Source: a virus (Duplodnaviria; Caudoviricetes). From it: a DNA stretch of 61,459 nt. The stretch is from positions 1 through 61,459 of IMG/VR virus record IMGVR_UViG_3300032299_000267, one strand, 5' to 3'. Positions 38,263 to 46,614 of this stretch are shown in pieces. Both the position numbers and the translations under genes were made by a program. The notes under the pieces are model-generated. The model was not told where the DNA came from. It made no database searches and saw only the letters and a program-made list of their open reading frames with translations. Position 1 is the first letter of the stretch, and each line of letters begins with the position of its first letter.

Positions 38263-38985
38263 CTAGAAATTAAAAATTTGTCTTAGTGACCAATTGCAAT
38301 CGGGACGGTTTAATAACATCCACCCATTGTTAGTGAGGAATTTCTCTTCTGTCATGACCCCCGATCCATCTTTAGATAATCTGTAATTAACACTGTATTG
38401 TCCTGTTGTTCCTACTGGTACCTTCGCTCGCATGAGTTCAGCTTGGAAGTTTCTGTCAGAAATAATAGGCACATGCCATGCATGACTGTGCTTGCGCGCA
38501 ACTGTAGTCCTGACTGCATAACAAGAGTTGTCTACAAGATATTGATTATGTGAGTTTGGAATACATCCAAGAGATTCGCAGTTATCTTGACAAATAAAGT
38601 TGCCCTCACTGTCTACAATATTTCTCAAGCTATATGCCCAGCCGAGGTTATGCTTCTCTATCATGTCAACCAATGACTCTATGTGATATTGCCCATACCA
38701 GTTATCGTCATCCAAGTAGAATATGATGTCTTCATCTACAACGAAAGGAGCCATAGCAAAAACGGGAGCCATACAATAGCCCCCGCCACCGTTAGCCCGA
38801 GGAAGATTAACCACTTGTACATTATCAATACCTTTCATATTGTTTTCTACTTCTTGCCAGCAGTCTCTTCCGTGCGCAAAGACGTAGTGAGTAGCAGGAT
38901 AAGTCTGGTTTCTGATTGACTCATTCGCCTTCTTAATTGTTTCCCTGCCACGGGTGGATGTAACTACAGCTACAGATAAACTCAT
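38263..38985 (-). CDS. GT2-like glycosyltransferase
   Basis: SIRNQTY, FYLDDDNWY, VDNSCY, SDR. Confidence 0.75.
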   Translation of the reverse strand: MSLSVAVVTSTRGRETIKKANESIRNQTYPATHYVFAHGRDCWQEVENNMKGIDNVQVVNLPRANGGGGYCMAPVFAMAPFVVDEDIIFYLDDDNWYGQYHIESLVDMIEKHNLGWAYSLRNIVDSEGNFICQDNCESLGCIPNSHNQYLVDNSCYAVRTTVARKHSHAWHVPIISDRNFQAELMRAKVPVGTTGQYSVNYRLSKDGSGVMTEEKFLTNNGWMLLNRPDCNWSLRQIFNF

Positions 38986-39344
38986 TTACTTTTCCTCTCC
39001 ATCTTTTCTAACAAACGCTCTGCTTTACCTACCAGTTGCTGCGCTCTACTAGATGACACACCAAGCTGTTCTCCAACTTTTTTAAATGTCATGCCATGCT
39101 GACGACATTTGTAAGCAAGCATTGATCTTTCAAATGCTTTTTTAGTTATGTTATATAAACTGTTTGGCCTCTCAAACTTATCTTTTAATTCAAATTCTTT
39201 GTAATATTCGTTGTATACAATCCTTAATTCATAAATTAAATCTTTAATAGCATTTAATTTAGTTAAGTTATCTAACTCTTCAAATTCTGTAGATATATCA
39301 ACATAAATTTGATATTCATTAAAAGTCGCTTTTATAGCGTCCAT
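38982..39344 (-). CDS. Protein with C-terminal sigma-70 region-4-like HTH
   Basis: GMTFKKVGEQLGVSSSRAQQLVGKA. Confidence 0.6.
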   Translation of the reverse strand: MDAIKATFNEYQIYVDISTEFEELDNLTKLNAIKDLIYELRIVYNEYYKEFELKDKFERPNSLYNITKKAFERSMLAYKCRQHGMTFKKVGEQLGVSSSRAQQLVGKAERLLEKMERKSK

Positions 39345-40291
39345 TAGTACCCCTCTATCAATCTCAGTAAATCTTTAACTTCTTGGTTGCTATCAAACTG
39401 ATTAGCAGCGTCCGACCGGATGAATTCATCTATGGCTTCTAAATACTGGCAGTAACGCTCGTAACTCATACCTTTTAAGTAGGCATACAGCTCTGCATAG
39501 CTATCAAAATCCCGCATGTCTATAAAACATTCTTGTGGGATGTGGTCTGCTACGTTCGGCGCGCCCCAGTAAACAGGGACAATACCCGCCATGAATGCAT
39601 CCAGTATCTTTTCTGATATATATCCCACCGCGTTGTCGCAGTTCTCAAACGTCAGAGCAAATTTGTAGTTGCTGTAAGTTTTTAACTTGTGGTTGGATAC
39701 CCCTTTAGCCACCGGAAAAGACCGGATTTGCCAACCCCTACCCCACAAGTCAAAGTCAAACATCGCGTTCTCTTGGAACCACATGATGGCCTCTATCCGT
39801 TTCGGATATAAGCTGTGCGGCTGGTCGCTATTCTTTGCTGACTGCATCATGCACAGAAGTTTTCGACTATCAAAATCTGCCTCTGTCATGCCGCAAGAAA
39901 TACGATCAGTCCAGTCAACTGTAAAGTTGTGCTTTACATAGTTACCCCAGTTAACCAGATAGTCATTCCATGTAAGTATCTTGTCGAACCGATTGTGATA
40001 GGTGCTGTCCCAGTTGCCAGGCAAGATAGCTGGTGGCTCGTACAGAATAAGAATCTTCTCTGCATTCGGTACATCAAGATCAACCCGTGGCCTGTCCATA
40101 TAGATGACTAGGTCTACGGTAGACAGATCTACTTGGTCGGGCGTGTACAACTCTATGCCTATGGCTTTACACATCTTGTAAAGCTCAACCCACGGGCGCA
40201 GCAGGTTATGGCCTATATCACTGTTCTCATTCTTAAACAGGTAGCCATCTTCTGTGATGAACTCGTAATGGTTTTTAACTACTACCCGCAT
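39344..40291 (-). CDS. GT10 (alpha-1,3-fucosyltransferase-like) glycosyltransferase
   Basis: YKFALTFEN....GYISEKILDAF..GIVPVYWGA motif. Confidence 0.85.
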   Translation of the reverse strand: MRVVVKNHYEFITEDGYLFKNENSDIGHNLLRPWVELYKMCKAIGIELYTPDQVDLSTVDLVIYMDRPRVDLDVPNAEKILILYEPPAILPGNWDSTYHNRFDKILTWNDYLVNWGNYVKHNFTVDWTDRISCGMTEADFDSRKLLCMMQSAKNSDQPHSLYPKRIEAIMWFQENAMFDFDLWGRGWQIRSFPVAKGVSNHKLKTYSNYKFALTFENCDNAVGYISEKILDAFMAGIVPVYWGAPNVADHIPQECFIDMRDFDSYAELYAYLKGMSYERYCQYLEAIDEFIRSDAANQFDSNQEVKDLLRLIEGY

Positions 40292-40485
40292 CACTCTCCC
40301 CTTATTTTTGCTGCCGCTTCCGACAGCCCAAGTTTTTCACAAATAACTGCACATCTTTCCCGCTCTTGTCTCTCTATTACCTTTGCCAAGCTGCGCATCA
40401 AATCCCAAGCAGCGGAGTCTGGTGCATAGATAAGATCCAGTTCTTCTGCTGCTTTGTTTACCGCTTCAAATAACTTCCTGCTCAT
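40291..40485 (-). CDS. Small hypothetical protein
   Basis: ERERCAVICE...AAKIRGE; similar C-terminus to 46615-46785. Confidence 0.6.
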   Translation of the reverse strand: MSRKLFEAVNKAAEELDLIYAPDSAAWDLMRSLAKVIERQERERCAVICEKLGLSEAAAKIRGE

Positions 40486-40724
40486 CTAACCAGCCAATCA
40501 AACGCCGCCCGCAGAACAGTCAAAGCCACACCTATAGCCGCATAAAACAAAATAATCCATGCGCCCACATCAATAGATGACATGTACTTTTCGTAGACGT
40601 TCTCCCAACGACTCTGGTATTCCACCGTTGGTTCGTTACATGTAACGGATTGATAGAATTGCGGCACGTAATGAGAGCCAATCTTTGGCGGATCTTCTTT
40701 TATAAACTTTCCGTCTCGTAACAT
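40482..40724 (-). CDS. Small membrane protein
   Basis: AGGAG RBS; C-terminal TM helix. Confidence 0.6.
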   Translation of the reverse strand: MLRDGKFIKEDPPKIGSHYVPQFYQSVTCNEPTVEYQSRWENVYEKYMSSIDVGAWIILFYAAIGVALTVLRAAFDWLVR

Positions 40725-40734
40725 GGATCACTCC

Positions 40735-41016
40735 TTAGTTATCTAACAGTCCTTGCAACTGGTCTATCAAACGGTCTGCTAGGCGCTGGTCTTCTACGCT
40801 GATGATCGAAGCAATAGGATCCTTGTGAACGATATCCATAGCATCCCTAATCCCTTTGTTGTAGCCAGAGTTAAAGCTGTCGTTGCCCTCAAGAATCATA
40901 GTGATAGCGTCTCGTACCAGGCTAGATGCCTGTCGTGCTTTCGCCTTTTCCTTCAGCGCAAGATAAACTTCCTCGCTCAGATGAACTGAGTAAGGGATTA
41001 ATCTTTTTGTTTCCAC
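40735..41016 (-). CDS. Ribbon-helix-helix-like DNA-binding protein
   Basis: PYSVHLSEEVYLALKEKA...SSLVRDAI; GTG start at 41016 inferred. Confidence 0.55.
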   Translation of the reverse strand: METKRLIPYSVHLSEEVYLALKEKAKARQASSLVRDAITMILEGNDSFNSGYNKGIRDAMDIVHKDPIASIISVEDQRLADRLIDQLQGLLDN

Positions 41017-41417
41017 GCCGTAAACTCTTGTTTTACTCCCAGCATCTTTTCCGTCGCCGTTTGACTCTTGGCTATGTCGCTGCGGCTTTCTATTTGTAGA
41101 TAATCCTTGAGCCATTCTGTTGCCTCCCTTTCTGATTTTTCAATAATCCCGCCAGCCTCGGATAAGAACTCCCAGAACTGTGGATCTCGGCACAACATCC
41201 CAGAGATGCGCACCATATCTTTAGCTAACTCTGCTTCGCGATTCATCGGGCGCTCTTCTTCATTCAACCGCACCATTACGGTCATGTACCTAGCGCCAAC
41301 ATAATCACGCGCAATCTCTTCAGGTATCTCGTCTGGGTGTATGCGCAGGGTCAGGATGTAGCCGGAGTTATCCTGCTTCAACCCTACCTTCACCGCTTCG
41401 AACTGGCTAGTTTGCAT
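40998..41417 (-). CDS. Hypothetical protein
   Basis: 139 aa in packed operon; GMLCRDPQFWEFL...LQIESRS. Confidence 0.65.
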   Translation of the reverse strand: MQTSQFEAVKVGLKQDNSGYILTLRIHPDEIPEEIARDYVGARYMTVMVRLNEEERPMNREAELAKDMVRISGMLCRDPQFWEFLSEAGGIIEKSEREATEWLKDYLQIESRSDIAKSQTATEKMLGVKQEFTAWKQKD

Positions 41418-41643
41418 CTACCACCTCAATCAAATCTTTGTACTCGCCATCTGCGTACACGAATCGCAAGCCAATCAACTTGCCCTTCTCGTCGTAGTAA
41501 CAGCAGAACATATCTCCGTCTTGCCAGGGCGCTGTCGGACGGATGCCAGCATCTGTAGCTTTCTCCGGTACGAAGTAGTTCATTGTTGTCTTTACCCGTG
41601 GGTGCGGGTTCTTCTGGTAGTTATATAGTTTTAGTTCAGGCAT
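41407..41643 (-). CDS. Hypothetical protein
   Basis: 78 aa, TAATG coupling. Confidence 0.6.
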   Translation of the reverse strand: MPELKLYNYQKNPHPRVKTTMNYFVPEKATDAGIRPTAPWQDGDMFCCYYDEKGKLIGLRFVYADGEYKDLIEVVDAN

Positions 41644-41960
41644 TAACTTATGTCCTCTATTCTGATTGCATACCTGCCGTTAGCTCGCTTAGTCCAGCCG
41701 TGTACCTCGATCCTGATACCTGCATCCCGCACCAGCGCCACTGTGTCTGAGTCTTGAATCTTCTTTATCCTGTTAGCTACGCCCGCCGCTGTAACCTGCA
41801 CAGCCAAGACTTCGCCTTTACGGATAGCCAAGATATCGCACCAGCCCCAGAGATCCTTCCTCTGCTTAGTAAAGCTATTCCACTTCTCCACTACTTCGCA
41901 GTGATAGCCCTGCTCACGTAGGTGTTCAAGGCTGCGCTGGGTTGGTGACTTACCAGCCAT
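41643..41960 (-). CDS. PD-(D/E)XK nuclease / Holliday-junction resolvase-like
   Basis: LREQGY.CEVVE...DLWGWCDILAI...AVQVT. Confidence 0.65.
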   Translation of the reverse strand: MAGKSPTQRSLEHLREQGYHCEVVEKWNSFTKQRKDLWGWCDILAIRKGEVLAVQVTAAGVANRIKKIQDSDTVALVRDAGIRIEVHGWTKRANGRYAIRIEDIS

Positions 41961-42253
41961 CAGAAGGGGATATCTTCATCGCCCACGGGCGTAGCTGCTG
42001 GCGCTGCTTTAGGCAGCTCAGAATTCATTTCTGGCTTCCATGTATTTACCTTGATAGAAAACCACGGGCCATAGTTACCTTCCTTCTGCCAGCCGGATAG
42101 CTTGATAGGAATATCATCGCCCTCAATTTCATTTAACAGGCCACGCAGAAACGAGCGGTCAAACACAATCTCGCCGTACAAGTCGGCAGAGTTAGGGTTA
42201 ACCTTCTGTTTGCTGTAATTCAAACGACCGCTGTTTGGGTATTTATTTACCAT
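41960..42253 (-). CDS. Putative single-stranded DNA-binding protein
   Basis: Acidic C-terminal DEDIPF tail; D.YGEI...LSGW...FSIKV. Confidence 0.65.
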   Translation of the reverse strand: MVNKYPNSGRLNYSKQKVNPNSADLYGEIVFDRSFLRGLLNEIEGDDIPIKLSGWQKEGNYGPWFSIKVNTWKPEMNSELPKAAPAATPVGDEDIPF

Positions 42254-42482
42254 CTTTAAACTCCTTTATCCATTTTCTATCCCACATGGGGGTCATAATT
42301 TTCTTTGCGCCTAAACTAACTAGCGCCATCCATGAGTATTCTTCTAAATGGTTTCTGCCATAGCCTGGCCGAACATATGCTTGCTTCCTGTAATGCGGAA
42401 CATACAATATTCCATTGAGTGAATAACATGCAGCCATTACTAATTCAACTTTGGGGTCTTCTTTCTCTTCAATCTTTAGCAT
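42243..42482 (-). CDS. Hypothetical protein
   Basis: Start at ATG 42482 (MLKIEE); LYVPHY...YVRPG. Confidence 0.55.
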   Translation of the reverse strand: MLKIEEKEDPKVELVMAACYSLNGILYVPHYRKQAYVRPGYGRNHLEEYSWMALVSLGAKKIMTPMWDRKWIKEFKDGK

Positions 42483-43164
42483 CGAAAGATCCTTTGTATG
42501 TGCCAAATGTGGCAGTCAACTCTGGGTACGCCTCGCTATCACGCTGCTCGATGATCTTGTAAATGTTGGCGTTCGTGCGCCATACAGTCATCACATCATC
42601 CTTACTTTGGCACATATCAAGAGCGAAGATGGTCTGCTTTACTACAACGTGCAGCCAGTCATTCCAATCAGTACCAGGTTCAGACGAAACCTTGAGTTGC
42701 CATTGACTATCCGTTCGCCCTTCCATTTTCTTTGGTGGCGGAACTTCAACAGCTTTCGGCGTAGCTTTAGGTGGCGCTGCCTGCGGCGCAGTCTTTGTTG
42801 CTTGGTTACCATCGTCATCCTCCGTTGCGAGGGAGCAGGCGGCCATCAGCGAATACCTTCTTGCATAACTCAAAGCGCTCCCGAAGCCCTGCGCGTCCTG
42901 CTTAGTTGCTGGCATGAACAAACTGCCGCCTGACAGCTGCTCGCCAGATTCATGTATAAACACTGTAGATACTTTTACTCCGCCAGCATGTTCCTCAGTC
43001 AACTGCATAAGATAGATGCCGTTGTTGTTGAGAGCGTCAATGACCGCCTCGATACACGCAGACAGATCCGCATACTTGCTACGGAAGTGCGGGTTGGTGC
43101 TAGACTTCAGTGCTGGCCCAAACTCTCGCTGCGCTTTTACTAGCGCCGATGCTATTGCTTTCAT
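42469..43164 (-). CDS. ERF-family ssDNA-annealing recombinase
   Basis: NPHFRSKYADL, HESGE, QGFGSALSYARRYSL, EDDDG; AAGGAG RBS before ATG 43164. Confidence 0.9.
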   Translation of the reverse strand: MKAIASALVKAQREFGPALKSSTNPHFRSKYADLSACIEAVIDALNNNGIYLMQLTEEHAGGVKVSTVFIHESGEQLSGGSLFMPATKQDAQGFGSALSYARRYSLMAACSLATEDDDGNQATKTAPQAAPPKATPKAVEVPPPKKMEGRTDSQWQLKVSSEPGTDWNDWLHVVVKQTIFALDMCQSKDDVMTVWRTNANIYKIIEQRDSEAYPELTATFGTYKGSFDAKD

Positions 43165-44033
43165 GCCTTCTCCTTTAAATATTTCTGATACTGGCCACAG
43201 AAAGGCGCTGCCTGACAGAAGCTCTCGCATCGTGTCCTGCCGCCTTCTCTGGTTTCTATGTGGTGATCTGGGTATTTCGTTACTACAAAATTCTCTGCTT
43301 CCGACAGCGTGTTGCAAACCTTCTTAGCCCGAACACCGCCAGCTTTCATGATTGCGTAGGTAGTTGGCTTCTCCCACATTTCCTCCGGCGTACACTCTGG
43401 CATCATCCCGCTGACTGCTGCAAAGTTAGCCTCGTTGTGCAGAGTTAGCCGCTGCTTAACAAAAGCCTCGCGGTCTTCGTAGTCCCATAGAGGTATATCT
43501 AGTGTGACGATAGGTGACTGCGGGTAAGTTTCTTTCAGAGCTGCTTCTCTGCGCGACCAGTCACGCACGATGCCGATGATCTGTAGGCCAGCTACCTTGT
43601 CGCCCTTCACGCGTTCGACCAGCCATGCATACAGGTTTAACTGGTCTATCCACTCTTGCTTCTCTTGCTGGACAGTCCAGGCTGACGTCACCTTATAATC
43701 GGCAATAAGTACCTTGCCATCTACCAATGTTTGCAAATCTATGGCACCACTTATAGACCAACCCTCAAACGTAGTGAACAGACGTTCTTCTACTATGTGA
43801 TGGTCATCCTTGCCATGTTCCAAGATATTGTGGACAGCAGATCCGAACAGCGACCAGACCATGTCGCTAGCGTCTTGCTCGATATCTTCCTGATGTTGTC
43901 TGCGAAGTAGTACAAGTTGCGGAGGCGACAGTATTTCTGTTACGCTTATCTCACTGTTTCCCTTGCTGTAATGCGGCCTGCGAATGACGTTAACGAACGT
44001 CTCCGGTAAATTAAATTTGTTTGTTAATTTCAT
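43161..44033 (-). CDS. PD-(D/E)XK (Cas4/RecB-like) exonuclease
   Basis: GSAVH, EERL, SGAID, DYK, QLNLY and C-terminal Cys cluster (RCESFC...FC); paired with ERF. Confidence 0.85.
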   Translation of the reverse strand: MKLTNKFNLPETFVNVIRRPHYSKGNSEISVTEILSPPQLVLLRRQHQEDIEQDASDMVWSLFGSAVHNILEHGKDDHHIVEERLFTTFEGWSISGAIDLQTLVDGKVLIADYKVTSAWTVQQEKQEWIDQLNLYAWLVERVKGDKVAGLQIIGIVRDWSRREAALKETYPQSPIVTLDIPLWDYEDREAFVKQRLTLHNEANFAAVSGMMPECTPEEMWEKPTTYAIMKAGGVRAKKVCNTLSEAENFVVTKYPDHHIETREGGRTRCESFCQAAPFCGQYQKYLKEKA

Positions 44034-44056
44034 ACACCCTCCCTAGATGTAGACCG

Positions 44057-44085
44057 ATAGTAAACCTACATTTAGGGCAAGTCAA
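44057..44085 (-). promoter_or_regulatory. Sigma-70 promoter for the leftward recombination/sugar operon
   Basis: TTGACT-17-TACTAT on the - strand. Confidence 0.65.
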
Positions 44086-44124
44086 TAGTTATCACAAATA
44101 TTTTTTAACTGTTGTTAACAAATA

Positions 44125-44150
44125 GGTATCTGTAAATTCTTACAGATACC
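44125..44150. promoter_or_regulatory. 26-bp palindrome containing CTGT-N8-ACAG (copy 1)
   Basis: GGTATCTGTAA-ATTC-TTACAGATACC; identical to 57556-57581. Confidence 0.75.
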
Positions 44151-44162
44151 CGTTTGATAACA

Positions 44163-44191
44163 TTGCAAATAATAATTGGTAGTGTTATTGT
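44163..44191 (+). promoter_or_regulatory. Sigma-70 promoter for candidate sRNA
   Basis: TTGCAA-17-TATTGT with an extended -10 TG. Confidence 0.6.
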
Positions 44192-44196
44192 TACTG

Positions 44197-44311
44197 CGGG
44201 GAAAGCCTGCCACACTCTCCTGTGTTGTGATCTCCTTCCGGTAGGTGAGTACCCCTTGGATGTGGGTCTTAAGGGAAGACCCTTTGCCCCGCTTCGGCGG
44301 GGTTTTTTTTT
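44197..44311 (+). ncRNA. Candidate ~115-nt sRNA displaying anti-Shine-Dalgarno sequences
   Basis: Lies between a promoter and a terminator, with no credible ORF; stem 44205-11/44240-46 encloses CACTCTCCT and TGTGATCTCCTT. Confidence 0.55.
44285..44311 (+). terminator. Intrinsic terminator
   Basis: GCCCCGC-TTCG-GCGGGGT followed by a long T-run. Confidence 0.85.
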
Positions 44312-44378
44312 ACCTTTTGAAATCAAGAGGTAATATAATCATGTCAATGTAGTTTGTCTTCACTACCTTGAGATCATC

Positions 44379-45335
44379 ATGGCCATAACGGACGACGAGT
44401 TTATTGCTGCATGGAATCGAAACCCCAGCATTAAAGGGTGTTCTGAGCTTCTTGACATAAATGTTCGCAATATTGCTAGGCGGCGAAGATCAATAGAACA
44501 GAAACGTGGGATCATATTAAAAAGCGCAAGCATTAACAGTCCCGATTATTTAGTCACCATCCCGCACGATAACATTCGTGTTACTGCCGAAGTAGAAAAT
44601 GGTTCGATACTTGTTGCCAGTGATTGCCACTACTGGCCAAATATAATAAGCACCGCGCACAGAGCATTCGTTCTCTTTGTCAAAGAAATGAAGCCTAAGG
44701 CTATCGTATTAAACGGCGACGTTTTTGACGGAGCCAGCATCAGCAGGCACCCGCCAGGCGGCACATGGGAATCCATGCCATCGGTTAAGCAGGAACTAGA
44801 CGCCTGCAAAGAGCGTGTATCAGAGATAGAAGACGCCTCCCCCAATTCAAAGATGCATTACATTTGGGGTAACCACGACCTCCGATACAATGCGCGGCTC
44901 GCTGCCCAAGTAGGGGATGGATTTAAAGATATCCAAGGGATGAACCTTAAGGATCATTTCCCAAAGTGGATATTCTCTATGTCTCTCATGGTAAATGACA
45001 ACACCATGATTAAGCATCGTTATCATAATGGAATTCACGCTGTTCATAACAATTTAATAAAATCGGGGGTTAGCTTCGTCACAGGCCACCTTCACAGTTT
45101 GCGGGTAGTCCCGTGGACTAATTATTTGGGAACCTGTTATGGCGTCGATACAGGCTCACTGGCTGATGTTTGTGGCCAACAGTTCACGTACTCAGAAGAT
45201 AACCCAAAGAACCATAGAAGCGGATTTGCAGTGTTAACATTTTATAAAGGTAAGCTGCTTCCGCCGGAGCTTTGTGAGGTGCTGGACGAGGACGCTGGAA
45301 TTATATATTTTCGCGGAAACGTCTTTAAAGTGTAA
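44379..45335 (+). CDS. Calcineurin-like metallophosphoesterase
   Basis: SDCH, NGDVFD, GNHD, GHLH motifs. Confidence 0.85.
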   Translation: MAITDDEFIAAWNRNPSIKGCSELLDINVRNIARRRRSIEQKRGIILKSASINSPDYLVTIPHDNIRVTAEVENGSILVASDCHYWPNIISTAHRAFVLFVKEMKPKAIVLNGDVFDGASISRHPPGGTWESMPSVKQELDACKERVSEIEDASPNSKMHYIWGNHDLRYNARLAAQVGDGFKDIQGMNLKDHFPKWIFSMSLMVNDNTMIKHRYHNGIHAVHNNLIKSGVSFVTGHLHSLRVVPWTNYLGTCYGVDTGSLADVCGQQFTYSEDNPKNHRSGFAVLTFYKGKLLPPELCEVLDEDAGIIYFRGNVFKV

Positions 45336-45395
45336 TCTTTTAGGATTAAAATCATCTGGCAGCCGCGTGGTTGTGTGCAATTTTTGGGGGCAAAA

Positions 45396-45626
45396 ATGGC
45401 TATTACTATTTACACAGCAGGTTCGATCCTGGTTATTGACGAACCGTTTGAAATTGAAGCTGAGTTAGATTTATTTGAAGATGTAGAGCTTGAAGTTGAT
45501 GAAGAAGACATTGAGTATGATGCCGATGGCACAGCTTGGTACTTTGATGAAGACGATGAAGTTTACTACTACTACGATGAAGAAGAAGATGTTTGGGTAG
45601 AGTACGACGACGAAGAAGTTGAGTAA
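45396..45626 (+). CDS. Extremely acidic small protein (DNA-mimic candidate)
   Basis: About 33 D/E in 76 aa, no K or R, Y/W/F-rich; own terminator. Confidence 0.7.
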   Translation: MAITIYTAGSILVIDEPFEIEAELDLFEDVELEVDEEDIEYDADGTAWYFDEDDEVYYYYDEEEDVWVEYDDEEVE

Positions 45627-45631
45627 TATGT

Positions 45632-45656
45632 AGGGGGGCTATGCCCCCCTTTTTTA
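45632..45656 (+). terminator. Intrinsic terminator
   Basis: AGGGGGGC-TAT-GCCCCCCT followed by T-run. Confidence 0.8.
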
Positions 45657-45670
45657 AAAGGTAGGTAGTT

Positions 45671-45874
45671 ATGGATAACTTCATACAAAAACAAATTGAC
45701 GCATCTGAGCGTTTGTATAATATGATGCTGTCAGATCATAAGATGCGGTTTGAAAAAATTGCAGAAACGTACAACCTCAGTGAAAGTTTGCAGAAAAAAT
45801 TAAACGACCGCGATAAAACTATTGCGGATCTGCGAGCCAAGCTGATGGCTTACGAGGTAGCGGAGAAGTTGTAA
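45671..45874 (+). CDS. Small coiled-coil protein
   Basis: 67 aa, heptad-like. Confidence 0.65.
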   Translation: MDNFIQKQIDASERLYNMMLSDHKMRFEKIAETYNLSESLQKKLNDRDKTIADLRAKLMAYEVAEKL

Positions 45875-46035
45875 TGCAGCCAAATATTTTAGAAGACTTG
45901 CGCGAGGTAGCAGTCCTGTACCACGACAGCAGTCTTCTATCTTACAAGCTGCAAGAAGTATTAGAAAAACACCTGACCCAGCCAGGCCAGACCTGCGGCG
46001 AGCGGGGGTGTACAGATTATTCGCTAGACACGTAG
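45874..46035 (+). CDS. Small hypothetical protein (53 aa, below cutoff)
   Basis: TAATG coupling; MQPNILEDLREVAVLY... Confidence 0.5.
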   Translation: MQPNILEDLREVAVLYHDSSLLSYKLQEVLEKHLTQPGQTCGERGCTDYSLDT

Positions 46036-46100
46036 TATCAACGAAGTCGGCGTAGGCCAGCGTAGCATCGACATACGCGCCGGATAATCGTAACCGGCAC

Positions 46101-46129
46101 TTGCATAAATTCTTTTCCTGATTTATTAT
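46101..46129 (+). promoter_or_regulatory. Sigma-70 promoter
   Basis: TTGCAT-17-TATTAT. Confidence 0.65.
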
Positions 46130-46134
46130 TTGCC

Positions 46135-46245
46135 TGTCACTGTGTCAGGCGGAGACAATCAACCCAAGCCCTTAAGCTTTGGTTCTTAGCCCTTAAGTGG
46201 GAACGTGCCTGACACACGGAGAACCAAGCCTTAAGGGTTTTTTCA
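46135..46245 (+). ncRNA. Structured leader with crossing complementarities (attenuator/pseudoknot candidate)
   Basis: 46141-50 pairs with 46207-16; 46166-86 pairs with 46220-40; followed by a T-run. Confidence 0.55.
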
Positions 46246-46562
46246 TTTGCAGTGACCGTACCTTCCACGATAGTAGAGAGCCTGCATGGGCTGCCGGAGA
46301 GAATACACTGGTCGAGGTTTCACCTGCCTGCGTACCACACTGCCTGTTAGCGAGGGACAGTACAAGAGAAGAGAGACATGGGTGATAGACAACTCTCTTA
46401 TCGAGCTAATCGCTACCTTCTGGGTTTGCCAGTATTCAGCAGTAAGAATATGGGCAAGGATGATTCCCCATCTCGTGTGCTGCGCATTTGATGGTGGGCT
46501 ATCACCCTTGGGGAACCTAAACACGGAGGATGCAATAGATGTGAGTTGGCAGGAACTAACTG

Positions 46563-46591
46563 TTGACACGTATAAGATTACATATTATTGT
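46563..46591 (+). promoter_or_regulatory. Sigma-70 promoter upstream of the RAMP operon
   Basis: TTGACA-17-TATTGT, then GGAGG RBS and ATG 46615. Confidence 0.65.
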
Positions 46592-46614
46592 TCGCCCTAG
46601 ATATAGGAGGTCAC

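Noticed and set aside
36239-43317. Long N-terminal extensions in the ORF track (starts 37615, 41115, 42506, 43317; likewise 866, 9404, 16782, 34697, 47940, 54496, 54618)
   Set aside because: They overlap upstream genes. Internal starts with an RBS or stop/start coupling fit better.
43161-44033. Cas4 as part of a CRISPR adaptation module
   Set aside because: It is coupled to ERF in an ordinary phage exonuclease-recombinase pair, with no cas1 or cas2. A role in array diversification cannot be excluded but has no support.
44040-46600. tRNA genes in the intergenic gaps
   Set aside because: No cloverleaf with a T-loop GTTCRA and acceptor stem was found by eye. tRNAscan-SE or ARAGORN would be decisive.
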